A stretch of DNA of 64,000 nucleotides from the NCBI GenBank assembly GCA_030324005.1, contig JARDVH010000025.1:88484128-88548127 (forward strand). Direction: 5' to 3'. The stretch comes from Negaprion brevirostris (taxonomy: Eukaryota). The number at the start of each line of letters is the position of its first letter. Position 1 is the first letter of the stretch. Positions 13,100 through 25,109 of the stretch are shown here, one piece after another. Under the pieces are notes generated by a model. The model did not search any database, was not told the origin of the DNA, and was given only the letters and a program-made list of their open reading frames with translations. The translations under genes and the position numbers were made by a program.

Positions 13100-13890
13100 T
13101 ACTTGCATCAATATAGCACCTTCAACAGAACACAAAACACTTCACAGACGTGTCATCAAACAAAAACAAGTGCTGAGCCAAAGAAGCCAATATTAGGAGT
13201 GATTGAAAGTCTGGTCATAGAGATGGCACTTAAGGAAGGTCTTAAAGAAGGAATTGGAGTGGCAGAGAAGGAAATCCACTGGGATCAGATGGCTGAGGAC
13301 ACAGTTGCCAATGGTGGAGAAAAGAAAGTGAGGGAGCACTGAAAGCCACACTCAGAGAAATGGAGACTGAATTGGGGATGGGAGGGTAGAGGGTTAGCTA
13401 GAGGCTGGAATAGGTTACAGAGAAAAAGAGAGGTGAAGCAAAGAGATTTGAACACATAGATAAAGATTTTAAACCGGAGGTGTTGGGTGACCAGGAGCCA
13501 ATATAGGCCAGCAAGAACAGGGTGATAGGTGAATTGAATCTGTAATAGGCAAGGAAACTGGCAGCAGAGCTTTGGATGTATTTGTAATATCCAGAAAATG
13601 AAGGTTAGGAAACTAACCAGGAATGGTCAAGCATGACATAGGTTTCATAACATATAGGCTGAGGCAGGGGTTGAAGTCGGTAAGTGATGTTACAGTAGAG
13701 GATGGTCTTTGAGATGGAGAATATGCAAGGTTGGAATCTCAGTTTGGAGTCAAATTTTGTCTGGAGTGGATAGGGTCAGGAAAGGGGTGGGTGTGAGAGT
13801 CAAGAATTTCTGGTGGGGGGCAAAAAAGTGATGATTTGGGTTAGAAGTTGTGCCTCATCCATGACCGGATATCAGATAACCAGTGTGAAT
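13100..13890 (-). mobile_element. Old L2-type LINE remnant
   Basis: Starts with the L2-like tail acttgcatcaatatagcacc; purine-rich body includes gggtgaccaggagccaat, similar to the remnant at 8280. Confidence 0.55.
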
Positions 13891-15109
13891 GAAATACGAA
13901 ATCAGTATATTGTAGTCTATTTCTTGGACTCCACAAAATCCTATATTTCCATGCAGACAATTGTTTAAAAAACAGAAAATTGTTTTCTAAGATCCTCTTA
14001 CTCACTTTCAAATCCTTCCAAGGTCTTTCATCCTTTTACCACATTAATTTTTTTCCAGCCAGTCTCCTCAATCAACTTTAATTCTACTGGTATTGTTCAC
14101 ATCCCAAATCTCTCTGCTCCACTATTGATGGACATAGGAATTCCCTACCCTTTATTACCATCTTCCCTGCTTTCAAAAACCTTTCCCTTTGAATAGGCTC
14201 TCAAGGTTTCCGCTTTTCTTTTTTTCTAGTGTCCATCGTCTTACATCTGTCTAATTAAGTACTTGTCCCTCTGTGTGGGCAATGCAATGGAAAGACGTTT
14301 TTTGTGTCACAAATTTTATTCCTGTGACAATAACCCCTTTTCACTTTTCTATACAATATGGTTTCACATATCTTACAGGCTGAGACTTCTGTACAGTGCT
14401 ACCTGCATGCAACATTGTCAGAAGCGTTTTGTAGTGACTTGACAAATAAGAAAAAGAGCAAGGAAATGTAATAATGATTTAGCTGCCACTTTCTTCTTAA
14501 CCAATACCATCAAGAGTCAATTATTATTCTCAGTGATGCTTCTAAGAGCCGTGCACAAAAGAATAGCAATGTTTGCTAACAAAACAGCAGTTGCTAGTCA
14601 GTGTATCTCAAATGTTTTGAGCTATGTCTGAAGCTTAATAAGGAACTACATATATGCATTTTAATTTCTCCCCATATTTTACCAACATATACACATTTTC
14701 CCAATGACCACATTTTGATAGCATATGCAATGTTTAACAGCAACAGTTTAATTCTTAAATATATCATTGTTAATGCGATCTTCCTATATCATTGTTATTG
14801 CACCTATTCCATTTCCTGAGCTGTATGCACCAGTGTCCAGTGTTAAAATGAATTCACATATCACTTGTTGCTTTTGCTCATTTTTTGTTGTTGCAGTTAT
14901 GTACAAGGCCATTAATATTAATATCATCCAGTCTCTTCTGCTTTGAGGAGCTAACCAGCCCCCAGCCCAATCGCCTAAGTATCTTTTCATTCTGCTTTAG
15001 TGGATTACCATTTCAAAACCACTGTATAGACAGCACCCAGTAGCTGACCTACAATCCAGGTGCTGATATGCACTCCCCCCTCACGTGTATCACCCCCAAG
15101 CATTGACAA

Positions 15110-15187
15110 GGTAGATGATCTGGAGGAGGGAACCAAGTGTATGGTGTCGAAATTTGCTGATGACACCAAGATTGGTGGAACGGCAAA
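15110..15187 (+). mobile_element. CR1 RT fragment running into a gap
   Basis: DDLEEGTKCMVSKFADDTKIGG contains the RT catalytic FADD motif. Confidence 0.85.
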
Positions 15188-15489
15188 NNNNNNNNNNNNN
15201 NNNNNNNNNNNNNNNNNNNNNNNNNNNNNNNNNNNNNNNNNNNNNNNNNNNNNNNNNNNNNNNNNNNNNNNNNNNNNNNNNNNNNNNNNNNNNNNNNNNN
15301 NNNNNNNNNNNNNNNNNNNNNNNNNNNNNNNNNNNNNNNNNNNNNNNNNNNNNNNNNNNNNNNNNNNNNNNNNNNNNNNNNNNNNNNNNNNNNNNNNNNN
15401 NNNNNNNNNNNNNNNNNNNNNNNNNNNNNNNNNNNNNNNNNNNNNNNNNNNNNNNNNNNNNNGTCATTCCCACCCTGTGTGTAATTGAC

Positions 15490-15720
15490 GGAAACCCCGT
15501 GGCCTCTGCCGGCCAGAGAGCCCGCCCAGTCCCCGGGCGCCGCTCCGCCGATTGGCCAGCTGCCGCCCGATGGGCTGCCGCCTCCATCTTACCATTGGCG
15601 GAGCCGCCTGTCCGTCACGGTGAAGCGCGCGGAAGGGAGCGGGGCGGGGCGCGAGCCGCCCGTCAAGGTGGGAGTGAATTGAGTCGGGATTGGGCGGGGT
15701 CTTTCTCTCGGTCTGCCTGG
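15490..15720 (+). promoter_or_regulatory. TATA-less CpG-island promoter with inverted CCAAT boxes and GC boxes
   Basis: CpG-dense patch in CpG-poor DNA. ATTGG at 15551, 15594 and 15689; GC boxes at 15521 (CCGCCC), 15641 (GGGGCGGGGC) and 15692 (GGGCGGGG). Confidence 0.85.
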
Positions 15721-15762
15721 CTGGAGCTGAACCATTCTGTGGAGCGACTGAGCGGGAGGAAG
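15715..15762 (+). other. Probable non-coding exon 1 of the 14-3-3 gene
   Basis: Lies directly after the promoter elements and ends in a good donor, AAG|GTTAGT (GT at 15763). Beta/zeta/theta genes have a non-coding first exon. Start position is approximate. Confidence 0.6.
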
Positions 15763-16286
15763 GTTAGTGAGATCCTGGGATATTCAGCACTCTCTGTCTC
15801 TGTGTGTGTGTATGTATGGGGAGGCGAAGCGAAGGGCATGTTTGAATTAATAAATGAAAGAAATTATTTAAATTTGATACCAGGATCAAATCTTTCTGTT
15901 TGGATAGATTTTTAATTTAAATCCGCCATTTTCCTGTTTTTGTTGGTAATCTGCTGTTTGCACATATTGAAAATTAGGACCGATTGTGGAGGGAAAATGT
16001 GTAAGTCCAGGGATTCAGTCAGCGTGTGTGTGTCTAACTATATTCTACTTTATCGCTTCCTCTGCTGACTTCCTATCCGCTCACCTTATTTTATTTCTGT
16101 TAGCAGTGACTGGAGAGAGTGATAAAAGGAGAGGGGAATTAAAGCGGACGGGATCCTTGTTCCCTCTCCACTGTTTGTTTTTTTGAACAAGGAAAACACT
16201 CCCAAGAGAAAGCCAAAAAAAAACCCCCCTCCCTTTTCCTCGCCCAGGCCAGCCCGGAGTTTTGATCAGCCGGAGGGGAACAAGCC

Positions 16287-16623
16287 ATGGAGAACACCGA
16301 GGGGGTCGAGCCGAGCCAGCAGGCCGAGCAGGTCAACTGCAGCAGCAACCCGGAGAACGAGGAGCAGGTCCAGCGGGCCAAGCTGGCCGAGCAGGCCGAG
16401 AGGTACGAAGATATGGCGGCCGTGATGAAAGCGGTGACCGAGCAGGGCTCCGAGCTGTCGACCGAGGAGCGGAACCTGCTCTCGGTCGCCTACAAGNNNN
16501 NNNNNNAGGGTCATCTCCAGCGTGGAGCAGAAGGGCGGCACGGACGAGAGGCACCTGGAGCAAATCCGAAATTACCGGGAAAAAGTGGAATCGGAGCTGA
16601 GTGAAATCTGCAACGACGTCCTG
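16287..16623 (+). CDS. YWHAQ: 14-3-3 protein (theta-like), first coding exon, with 21-aa N-terminal extension
   Basis: Kozak GCCATGG at 16284-16290. Translates MENTE...[44 protein letters not shown], then a 10-N gap (16497-16506), then [39 protein letters not shown], then donor GTAAG at 16624. 14-3-3 family is certain; the theta paralogue call is tentative (about 0.6). Confidence 0.95.
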
Positions 16624-18569
16624 GTAAGAACAAAAGGGGTAGGGTGTGTTTGATCCCGGTGAGGGGGGTGGGGGGGGGGGAACTCAGCTGACAATAATTG
16701 TTTTTTAAACAGTGAGATGGTCTACCTGGAGGCGCAGAAAGCAACTATTATTTCGTCGAAACACCTTTTTGAGGTGTTAAATGTTCAATTCTAGCGTCCT
16801 TTTCCTTTTATAAAAGGAAGACTTTACGAACGAACTGAAATCTAGGAAGTCTGGTTTATAGGGCGCTACTTTTTCGGTCTGAGGCTATTATAGACTTTCT
16901 GGGTCAGTGTGCCATTCGCCTTAAGCACGTGTTTAAGATGTAAAAAGACCTGAAATGGTCCTTCAAACCTAATTTCTTCATAACGGCAGGGTTGCGACAA
17001 CGTGATTGTTTTTAAAATTTGTATCCAATTGATCCTCGATACTGCAACCATTCCATGGACTGACTTTTTTGAAAAAGTTAATCAGGGACTATAATATTTT
17101 TGGTCGTACCAAGGTTACTGTTGGCTCATTATGGGCAAAAAATACAGTTCCTTATGTACTCTTTGGATTTGCATAACTGATTACTGAACAAATAAGGAAA
17201 ATTGAGTTAGTTTTAAACATCTAGCCGAAGCTATTTGGCCAATACTTTCACTCCTGCGAGAAGAAAGTCTCTTGCCTAATTTATGCCTTCTGTGGTTGTG
17301 TTGGCTAAATACTCAATGTAATTGTCACTATTGTTGACTGTACATCGATTCTTAATTCGAACAGTCAGATTAAGACTCTGTCAATAATATGCTAGTGCTG
17401 AATTAAGCACCCAGACTGAATTGTAATTGGTATGACTGCTGCTTTTTTATATTCCCTACAATAAAAGAATTTTCACTGCTAAAGGACCTGCCTGGGCCAA
17501 AACCCTCTAAAAATGCGGTTGATTTTGTTATGTTGTGGTTTTTTTCTTAAAGCTAGGCATTTTCTATGCAGTGGGAAAATTAGTCTTTCTGTTTTTTTGC
17601 CACCATTGTAGTAGCTTGTTGAGAGATTTTGTTTGTAACGTTCCAAATCAGTGTGTTCATTGAATGCTCAGGATAATGCCTGGGACTGTAAATGGCTTGA
17701 CATGTTTTGTGGTGGGTTAGTTTGACTAGGATGTAAATGCTGGGTGTGGTGAATTGGTGTGAATCATATACTATTGGTTATCTTTATTTTGTTAGCTTTT
17801 TGCAGCCAAAATTGCTTTGGTGTTTAGTAGTACAAATTGCAAATCTGTTTGTGCTTTTTTTAATCAATAGTTGAAGCATTTTTTGAAGTTTTCAACCAAA
17901 CTAGTCAATCAGTGAATGTCATCTGTTGGCAGCCCCAGACTAAGTTCTCAATTTGCCTGTTCTGACTTGCATCTCATTTTTAGATATCCTGAATGTGGGT
18001 TTTACTTCTATGCTACTGGGAGTGCAACCTACATAAAGTTACTCAAATTGCAACTGTAACGTGAACGTAGGAAGTTTTGAACAACTGCAGGACACCAGGT
18101 CAGTTCTGTGTAAGGGAATCTGAGGCCTTGAGCTTGAAACAGGGCCATGAAAGGAATTTGAAATGCAGCTATTTCGGCATTAAAACTTCCTATCATAGGC
18201 TTAAATGTGTGAGGACGCTGGCAAGACGTTGGTTTGATGTACTGTCTGCTCCCTTTCGTTAACATGTGAACTGTTAATAAAAGTGGCAATGATATTGCAG
18301 TATTTTCACAAGATTAGTAATCCAGAAACCCAGGGTCGTACTCTGGGGACCTGGGTCTTAATGCCACCATGGCAGGTGGTGAAATTTGAATTCCATGAAA
18401 ATCTGGAATTAAAGTCTAATTGTTGTAGAGCCTTCCTGGAAAAACATTTTGAAAATGTATTTGAGCTGNNNNNNNNNNNNNNNNNNNNNNNNNNNNNNNN
18501 NNNNNNNNNNNNNNNNNNNNNNNNNNNNNNNNNNNNNNNNNNNNNNNNNNNNNNNNNNNNNNNNNNNNC

Positions 18570-19010
18570 GCTGGTCACAGGCCTCCAGTTTGAAAAACAA
18601 CTCTCTACAACCACCCTCTGGCTTCTGTCAAGAAGCCAATTTTGTCTCCATTTAGATACCTCACCCTGGATCCTGTGAGATTTAACTTTAAAACAACCTA
18701 CTATGCAGTCTCTTGTCAAAGGCCTTGCTAAAGTCCATGTAGATAACATCAACTGCACTGCCCTCATCTACCATCTTGGTTACCCCTTCAAAAAACTCAA
18801 TCAAATTTGTGAGACATGATTTTCCACTCAGCCTTGCTGACTGTCCCTAATCAGTCCTTGTCTCTCTAAATGCCTGTAGATCCTGTCTCTCAAAATACCT
18901 TCCAACAATTTACCCACCACAGATGTGAGGCTCTCTGGCCTGTAGTTCCCAGTCTTTTCCCTGCAGCCCTTTTTAAACAAAGGCACAACATTTTCTACTC
19001 TCCAATCTTC
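18570..19010 (-). mobile_element. CR1 LINE RT fragment
   Basis: Minus ORFs read DWRVENVVPLFKKG.REK.GNYRP.SLTSVVGKLLEGILRDRI and NWL..RSQRVVV..CFS.WRPVTS. Confidence 0.9.
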
Positions 19011-20118
19011 ATATTTTTGTAAATGCAAAACAATCCAAGGCAAAATCCAATACCAGCGATTGCAATAACATTACTCCAGTTCACTAAGGACTTATGTTAA
19101 AATTACACGGATTCAGCCCACATTCAGCAGCAGGCCCACCTTCCAACTCCTGGATTAAGGGCAAACCACCAATCACAGCCAGAGTGAGGACGCTGTAATA
19201 TTGACAGCACCCCGGGGAGACGCCAGCCAGAATGCCTGGGCGCACCAGGGAGATGCCAGCCAGACAGCCTAGGTGCCCCCAGGGAAGCTGGCTCTGACTA
19301 GTCCAGTCTTGAGGAGCAGATTGATGGATTCAGAAGTATAAACCACACAGTGAAAAGGAAAACAAATCTTTCCGCCACAAGCTTTTTAATTATATTGAAA
19401 CATTATAATTATAATGAAACTTTCTTTAAAACCCAGATCCCGAAACAGAATTATATTTTTTTTCAAGTAACATAATCCCTCAACTGGTAAGTACAGCTCA
19501 TTTTTCTATATAAATATAGAAAGACAGGAGAAATATTCAGTGCTGAGGACAAGTAACAGGATGGGGGGTAGATAAACCATGGCAAAGTGATGCACACTCA
19601 TGCATATAATAGACTAGATGTGGTGCTATATAGCCTACGGAAAATCTTTTAAAGGGGTAAGTCAGATGTTACAGAACCTAACTTGTATCAGATGCAAATT
19701 AAGTAGTCTAGTGGGGATATATTTCCCAATGTTGTGCCAATTATTAACAAGGAAACTTATCACTAATTCAGGAGCAAAGCATATTCTTCCATACCATAAA
19801 TGTTAAGATATTGTACTGTCATTTCTCACTGGCATCAGTTATGCCTTTGACCCAGTGCAAAGGATCAAACTCAGGCAAGTGTAAATATCTTGTTGAGCTC
19901 TAACTATTGCCAGGGATCCAGGTTGAATTCCAGCCATGGGTGACTGACTGGGTTTCCTCTCGATATGGAGTTTTCGTGTTCACCTTCCATGTGGATTTGT
20001 TTTCCCCTGGGTTTTCTGGTTTCCTCCTGCAGTCTGTAGGTCAGTTATTTTAACCATGGTAAAATACGTGGGGGATAGGGAGAGGAGTTGTCCCTGGTTA
20101 AGATGCTGTTTTGGAGGG

Positions 20119-20300
20119 TCAGTGCAGACTTGTAAAACTGCAGAAATGTGGAGTAATGTAATACCCAAATAAATAAACCCTTGGAAAGAGGAGGAAAGGT
20201 CTCCCTCTAAGCCTTATCAGAGGCATAACCTCTGATTTTGCAAAATTAATTTTATAGTCTGAAAAGGAGCCAAGTCTGCCCAAGAGCAACATTACTGTGA
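20119..20300 (-). mobile_element. L1-clade RT fragment
   Basis: GSFSDYKINFAKSEVMPL resembles the L1 motif F...SGYKIN..KS. Confidence 0.55.
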
Positions 20301-20519
20301 TCGTGTGTTGCTTACTGCTCAATTGTACTGCATACAATAATGGACAGTCCTGTCTAGTTCTTTGCCAAAGACTGAAATTATCAAATCTATCACTATTAGT
20401 AAGAACATTGCTTATTTATATAGCACTAAACAGCCTCCCCAACCTGTCCAAATTTCTGCAATATAGAACAAATGATTCCATTCCATCCAGTCAAAAGCCT
20501 TTTCTATATATTGAGTGCT

Positions 20520-21310
20520 AGAATTGGTACAGTGCAGAAGAGATCATTTGGCCTATTGAATCTGCACCTGACCTCGTATTTCCATTTTACCAGTGCTTGG
20601 CCCATAGCCTTAAATGTTGTGATGTGCTAAGTGCTCATCAAATTAAGGATAATACAACAACCACAACCACCACCACCACCACCCCCCCACCTCACCCAAC
20701 ACATTTCAAGAATGTCTCCTTGTGACTGACTCTTGACTAAGGAGAACAGCCACTCCTCATCCACTCTGTGTGCCCCTCATAATCTTGTAAACCTCAATCA
20801 GGTCACCTCTTGGTCTTCTCTGATTCAATGGAATCAATCCAAGCCTATTCAACCTCTCTTCATAACCTAAATATTCCAACCCAGCCAGCATCCTGGTGAA
20901 TCTCCTCTGTATCCCCTGCAGTACAATCAGATCATTCCTATAATGTGGCAACCAGAACTGCGTACTACTCCGGCTGGGCAAGTTCTATGTAACTCCAGCA
21001 TGCTTTCCCTGCTATGCCTTGTGTACTGTATGCCTTTTTCACCACCCTACTAACATGCCCTTCTGTCTTCAGGGATCTATGGACACACAAAGGTCCCTTT
21101 TTCACAGAACTTCCTAGTGCTGTGCTGTTGAACACAAGTGTATCGCCTTGCACTTTAGGGTCTGACCCTTTGACACTCCTGTCTATATCTTGAAGCCCAA
21201 ACCCCTCAGCTTCACTGTTAACCACTTGGCAATCTTTGTCATCTACAGCCTTACTAACCCCACCCCACCTCGTTTATATAGATGAGGGAGCCCAGTACAG
21301 ATCCATTTGG
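20520..21310 (-). mobile_element. CR1 LINE 3' portion
   Basis: Minus ORF reads QFWLPHYRND...L..IQRRFTRML.GLE.L.YEERL.RLGL..L.QRR.RGDLIEVYKIMRG. Confidence 0.9.
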
Positions 21311-21454
21311 TACACGACTGGATACTGACAAAGACTCAATGGCAGCTCTATTCTCGCTCCACAGATGCTTTCAGAACAGCTGAGATTTTCCAGCTTGCTG
21401 TTTTTGTTTCAGATTCCATCATTGGTAGTATTTTGCTTTTACTTTCATTACCCT

Positions 21455-21575
21455 CTGTCTCCCACAACCAAGTAAAAAGTCTGACAACACCAGGTTCGAG
21501 TCCAACTCAAACCTGTTGTTGTCAGGCTTTTTACTGTGTATACCCCAGTCCAATGCCGGCATATCCACATCGTCC
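21455..21575. mobile_element. Penelope-derived hairpin fragment
   Basis: gtaaaaagtctgacaacaccagg...cctgttgttgtcaggctttttac is self-complementary and matches the ends of the element at 54294-54895. Confidence 0.6.
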
Positions 21576-21691
21576 CACAACCAAGCCAATTNNNNNNNNN
21601 NNNNNNNNNNNNNNNNNNNNNNNNNNNNNNNNNNNNNNNNNNNNNNNNNNNNNNNNNNNNNNNNNNNNNNNNNNNNNNNNNNNNNNNNNNN

Positions 21692-21835
21692 AACGCCACC
21701 CCACCACCTCTCTTCAACCCTTCTCTGTCATACCTAAAACACTTATACCCAGGAACATTCAGCTGCCAGTCCTGACCTTCACATAACCACGTCACTGTTA
21801 CTGCCACCACATCTAACTTCCTCACAAACATTAAG
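21692..21835 (-). mobile_element. CR1 AP-endonuclease fragment
   Basis: LDVVAVTVTWLCEGQDWQLNVPGYKCFRYDREGLKRGGGVA. Confidence 0.9.
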
Positions 21836-21909
21836 TTTCCCAAAATGGGATCTTGTCAAAGGCTTTACTGAAATTCATATACATCTGACATCCATCAGTA
21901 TGAAATGCT

Positions 21910-23070
21910 TCGAATGGTTAGTCATGGTAAATCAGTTCCAGCGTCCCAGACTTTCTGGATCCACTACAGTTGGCCTACTGTCACAACAGGTCCACAGCAG
22001 ATGCCATCTCCCTGGCTCTGCACTCAAACCCTGGGACATCTATGTCAGACTCCTTTTTGTTTGATTACAGCTCAACCTTCAACACCATTATTCGCATGAA
22101 ATTTATTTCCAAACTCCGTGGCCTGGGCCTCGGCTCCTCCCTTTCTTACTGGATCCTGAATTTCCTAACCCGCAGACCACAATCGGTAAGGATAGGCAAC
22201 AACACCTCCACAATAATCCTCAACACCTGTGCCCCACAAGACTATTCTCAAGCCCCTACTACTTATACACCTCTGTGGCCAATTTCCCTCCCAGTTCAAT
22301 TTTCAAGTTTGCTGATGACACCACTGTATTGGGTCAGATCTCAACAACGACAAAACAGAGTCCAGGAATGAGAGAGAATCTGGTGAACTGGTGCGATGAC
22401 AATCTCCCTCGATGTCAAGAAAACAAAGGAGATATCATTGACTTCAGGAAGTGTAAAGGAGAACATGCCCCTGCCTACATCAATGGGGATGAAATAGCAA
22501 GGGTGTCCAGATCACCAACAACCTGAACTGATTTCCACCCTACCTCCATGCCGATACTATAGTTAAGAAAGCCCACCAAAGCCTCTTCTGTCTCAGAAGA
22601 CTACAGAAATTTGCATGTCAGCTATGACGCTCCAGCTTTTACAGATACAACCAGAAAGAATGCTTTCTATGGTGCATCACAATCTGGTAAGGCTCCTACT
22701 TTGCCCAAGACCACATGAAACTACAAACGGTAGTGAACATAGCCCAATCCATCATGCAAACCACCCCCCCATCCATTGACTGTCTACACTTCCTGCTGCA
22801 TCAGCAAAGCAGCCAGCATAATTAAGGACTCCATGCACCTCAGACAGAAAAATCTGAGGTCAGGTATCAACTGACTTGAAGTTTCTTTCCTGTTACTGTC
22901 AGACTTTTGAATGGACCTACCTCGCATTAAGTTGATCTTTGCTCCCTAACTATGATTGTAACATTACATTCTGACTCTCTCGTTTTCTGAGTGGTATGTC
23001 TTATGTGTATAGCATCCAAAAAACCATGCTTTTCACTATGTTAATACATGTGACAATAAATCAAATCAAA
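21910..23070 (+). mobile_element. Rex1/Babar-type LINE, 5'-truncated
   Basis: AY..NRSTADAISLALH, LFDYSSTFNTI, WILNFLTRRPQSVRIG, KFADDTTVLG; 3' tail aataaatcaaatcaaa at about 23055-23070. Confidence 0.8.
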
Positions 23071-24836
23071 ATTGTTGCACAATCCTCATTTACATACTTG
23101 GCCACCTCGCATTCAATCAGATTTATTGGGCATAACCTGCTGACTATCCCTGATCAAGCCTTTGCTTTCAAGTGGAGATAAATGCCCTCCTTCAGAAATG
23201 ATTCCAATAGTTTCATTACCACTAACGTAAGACTCACTGGTCTGTAGTTCCCTGGCTTATCTCTACAATGCTTCTTAAATAGCAGAACCACACTGAGTGT
23301 TCCCCAGTCCTCTAGTACCTACCCTGTGGCCAAAGAAGAATTCAAAAGTTAGGTCCAAGCTTCTGCAATCTCCTCCCTTACGTCCTGCAGCAGTCTGGGA
23401 CACAAATCATCTGATCCTGGAGATTTGTCCAATGAAGCCTGCCAACATTTCTAATACCTTGTCCATCCTTACGTCAATTTGCTCAAGAACCTCAGTCTCT
23501 TTCCCTGAATCCCAAACCTTCTTCATCCTCCTCTTGAATGAAGAGATGTGCAGTGTTCGGTGAATACTTTGTGTTCTCTGGCTGCACCCACAGACTGCCC
23601 CCTTAGTCTCCAATGAGCCCTNNNNNNNNNNTATTTCTAGAATATCTTGGGAATTTTCCTACTTTTACTAGCCATGGCTTTCTGTGGATTTCTCTACTTG
23701 TAGCTGTTCCCAGTTACCTTTTATTAAAATCCATTCTCCCCAGCCCAGAACATTATTGCAAGTTCTTTCTTGGTACAATTTTGTGATTGCTATCGCTAAA
23801 AATTCTCCCCCTCAACCACCTGTCCAGCTTCATTCACCAGAATTAGGTTCAGCACAGCTCCTTCTCTTGTTGGATCCTCTACATATTGGCCTAGAAAGTT
23901 CTCCTGTATGATTAAGAAATCACTCCATCCAAGCCCCTAATACTATCCTCATTAATGATGGCAAAGTTGAATCTCCTACTATAATTTCTCTTTTGTTACA
24001 TATCATTATGACTTGTGCTCATATTTATTTTCTGACTGGGGGAGGTCTATAAATACACAAGTAAGTGTGGCTGCCTTTATTGCTCCTAAATTCTACTCAA
24101 AGCTTGATGTGATGTTCCCTCCAAGATATTATCTCTCTTACTACAGTAAGTGGCTCCTGAACAACGCAGTGCTTCCCTCTTTCACCCCCTCCCCTATCTT
24201 GCCTGAAAATTCTATATCCTGGAATGTTCAGTCGACAATCCTGACCCCCTCTCAACCACGTCTGTTGTTACTATTAGAGGGTATTCAGCCTTAATGTACT
24301 CGAGCTTAATACAGTTGTATCCCTCTGACTTGATTGTTTTAATGTATAATGCTGTGTCCTTATTCTGCCATATGTTTTTTCTCCTGCCGAATTAGCTTAA
24401 ACTCCTCCCAACAGCACGAACAATACATCCTGCAAGGATGTTAGTCCTGCTCTGATTCAAATGTAGACCAACCCGCTTGTACAGGCCCCACCTGGTGCTA
24501 GTGATCCAGGAATCTAAAACCCTCTCTCCAGCACAACTCAAGTCACGCATTCATTTGTATTTTTCTCCTAGTTCTGTGCTTCCTCTCATTAGTTGTAATC
24601 TCGGGATCACTCCAAGGTCCTGCTGTTTAGTTTACTCTAGCTTAGCCTCCTGAATTCTTGATGCAAGACCTTCATCCCTCTTTCTACCCTTGTCAGTTGG
24701 TGCCAACATGTGTAATTGCCTCTGCCTTATCACCCCCTCTCTTCATGATGCCCCACAATAGTTAGTGTCATCCTGGACCCTACCACCAGAGGCAACACAC
24801 TATCCTGGAGCCATGTTGACAGCTGCAGAACTGCCC
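23070..24836 (-). mobile_element. Old CR1 LINE, left part (continues at 31647)
   Basis: Reverse-strand GNYRPVSLT (agactcactggtctgtagttccctgg at 23230-23255), APE start near 24220-24260, and ORF1-region sequence up to ...ggcaacacactatcctggag...cagaactgccc. Confidence 0.75.
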
Positions 24837-24961
24837 ATAAGAACATAAGAAATAGGAGCAGGAGCAGGCCATCTAGCCCCTTTTGCCTGCCCTGCCATTC
24901 AATAAGATCATGGCTGATCTGTCGTGGCTCAGTTCCACATTCCCGCCCTCTCCCCATAACC
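24837..24961 (-). mobile_element. Young CR1 3' end running into a gap
   Basis: ataagaacataagaaataggagcagga...ttcaataagatcatggctgatctg is nearly identical to 31240-31365. Confidence 0.9.
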
Positions 24962-25109
24962 NNNNNNNNNNNNNNNNNNNNNNNNNNNNNNNNNNNNNNN
25001 NNNNNNNNNNNNNNNNNNNNNNNNNNNNNNNNNNNNNNNNNNNNNNNNNNNNNNNNNNNNNCAATAGCTGGAGGGGTGGTGGGGTGGGGGTGGTGTGGGG
25101 GGCGGGGTG

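Noticed and set aside
15060-15915. Long ORFs of 142-266 aa around the promoter
   Set aside because: They are inflated by an N run and stop-poor GC-rich promoter DNA; only the short CR1 FADD piece is real coding debris.
16287-16604. ORF-track 105-aa protein ending GHLQRGAEG..., suggesting a frameshifted 14-3-3 pseudogene
   Set aside because: The shift coincides with a placeholder 10-N gap; another frame continues as canonical 14-3-3, and all later exons and splice sites are intact.
16139-16744. Several overlapping antisense ORFs over the first coding exon
   Set aside because: This is the expected shadow of GC-rich codon usage; there is no independent start context or homology.
19205-19290. 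Short GC-rich repeat of about 32 bp, roughly 2.5 copies (gggaga.gccagccaga..gcct.gg.gc.cc)
   Set aside because: Degenerate minisatellite with no evidence of function.
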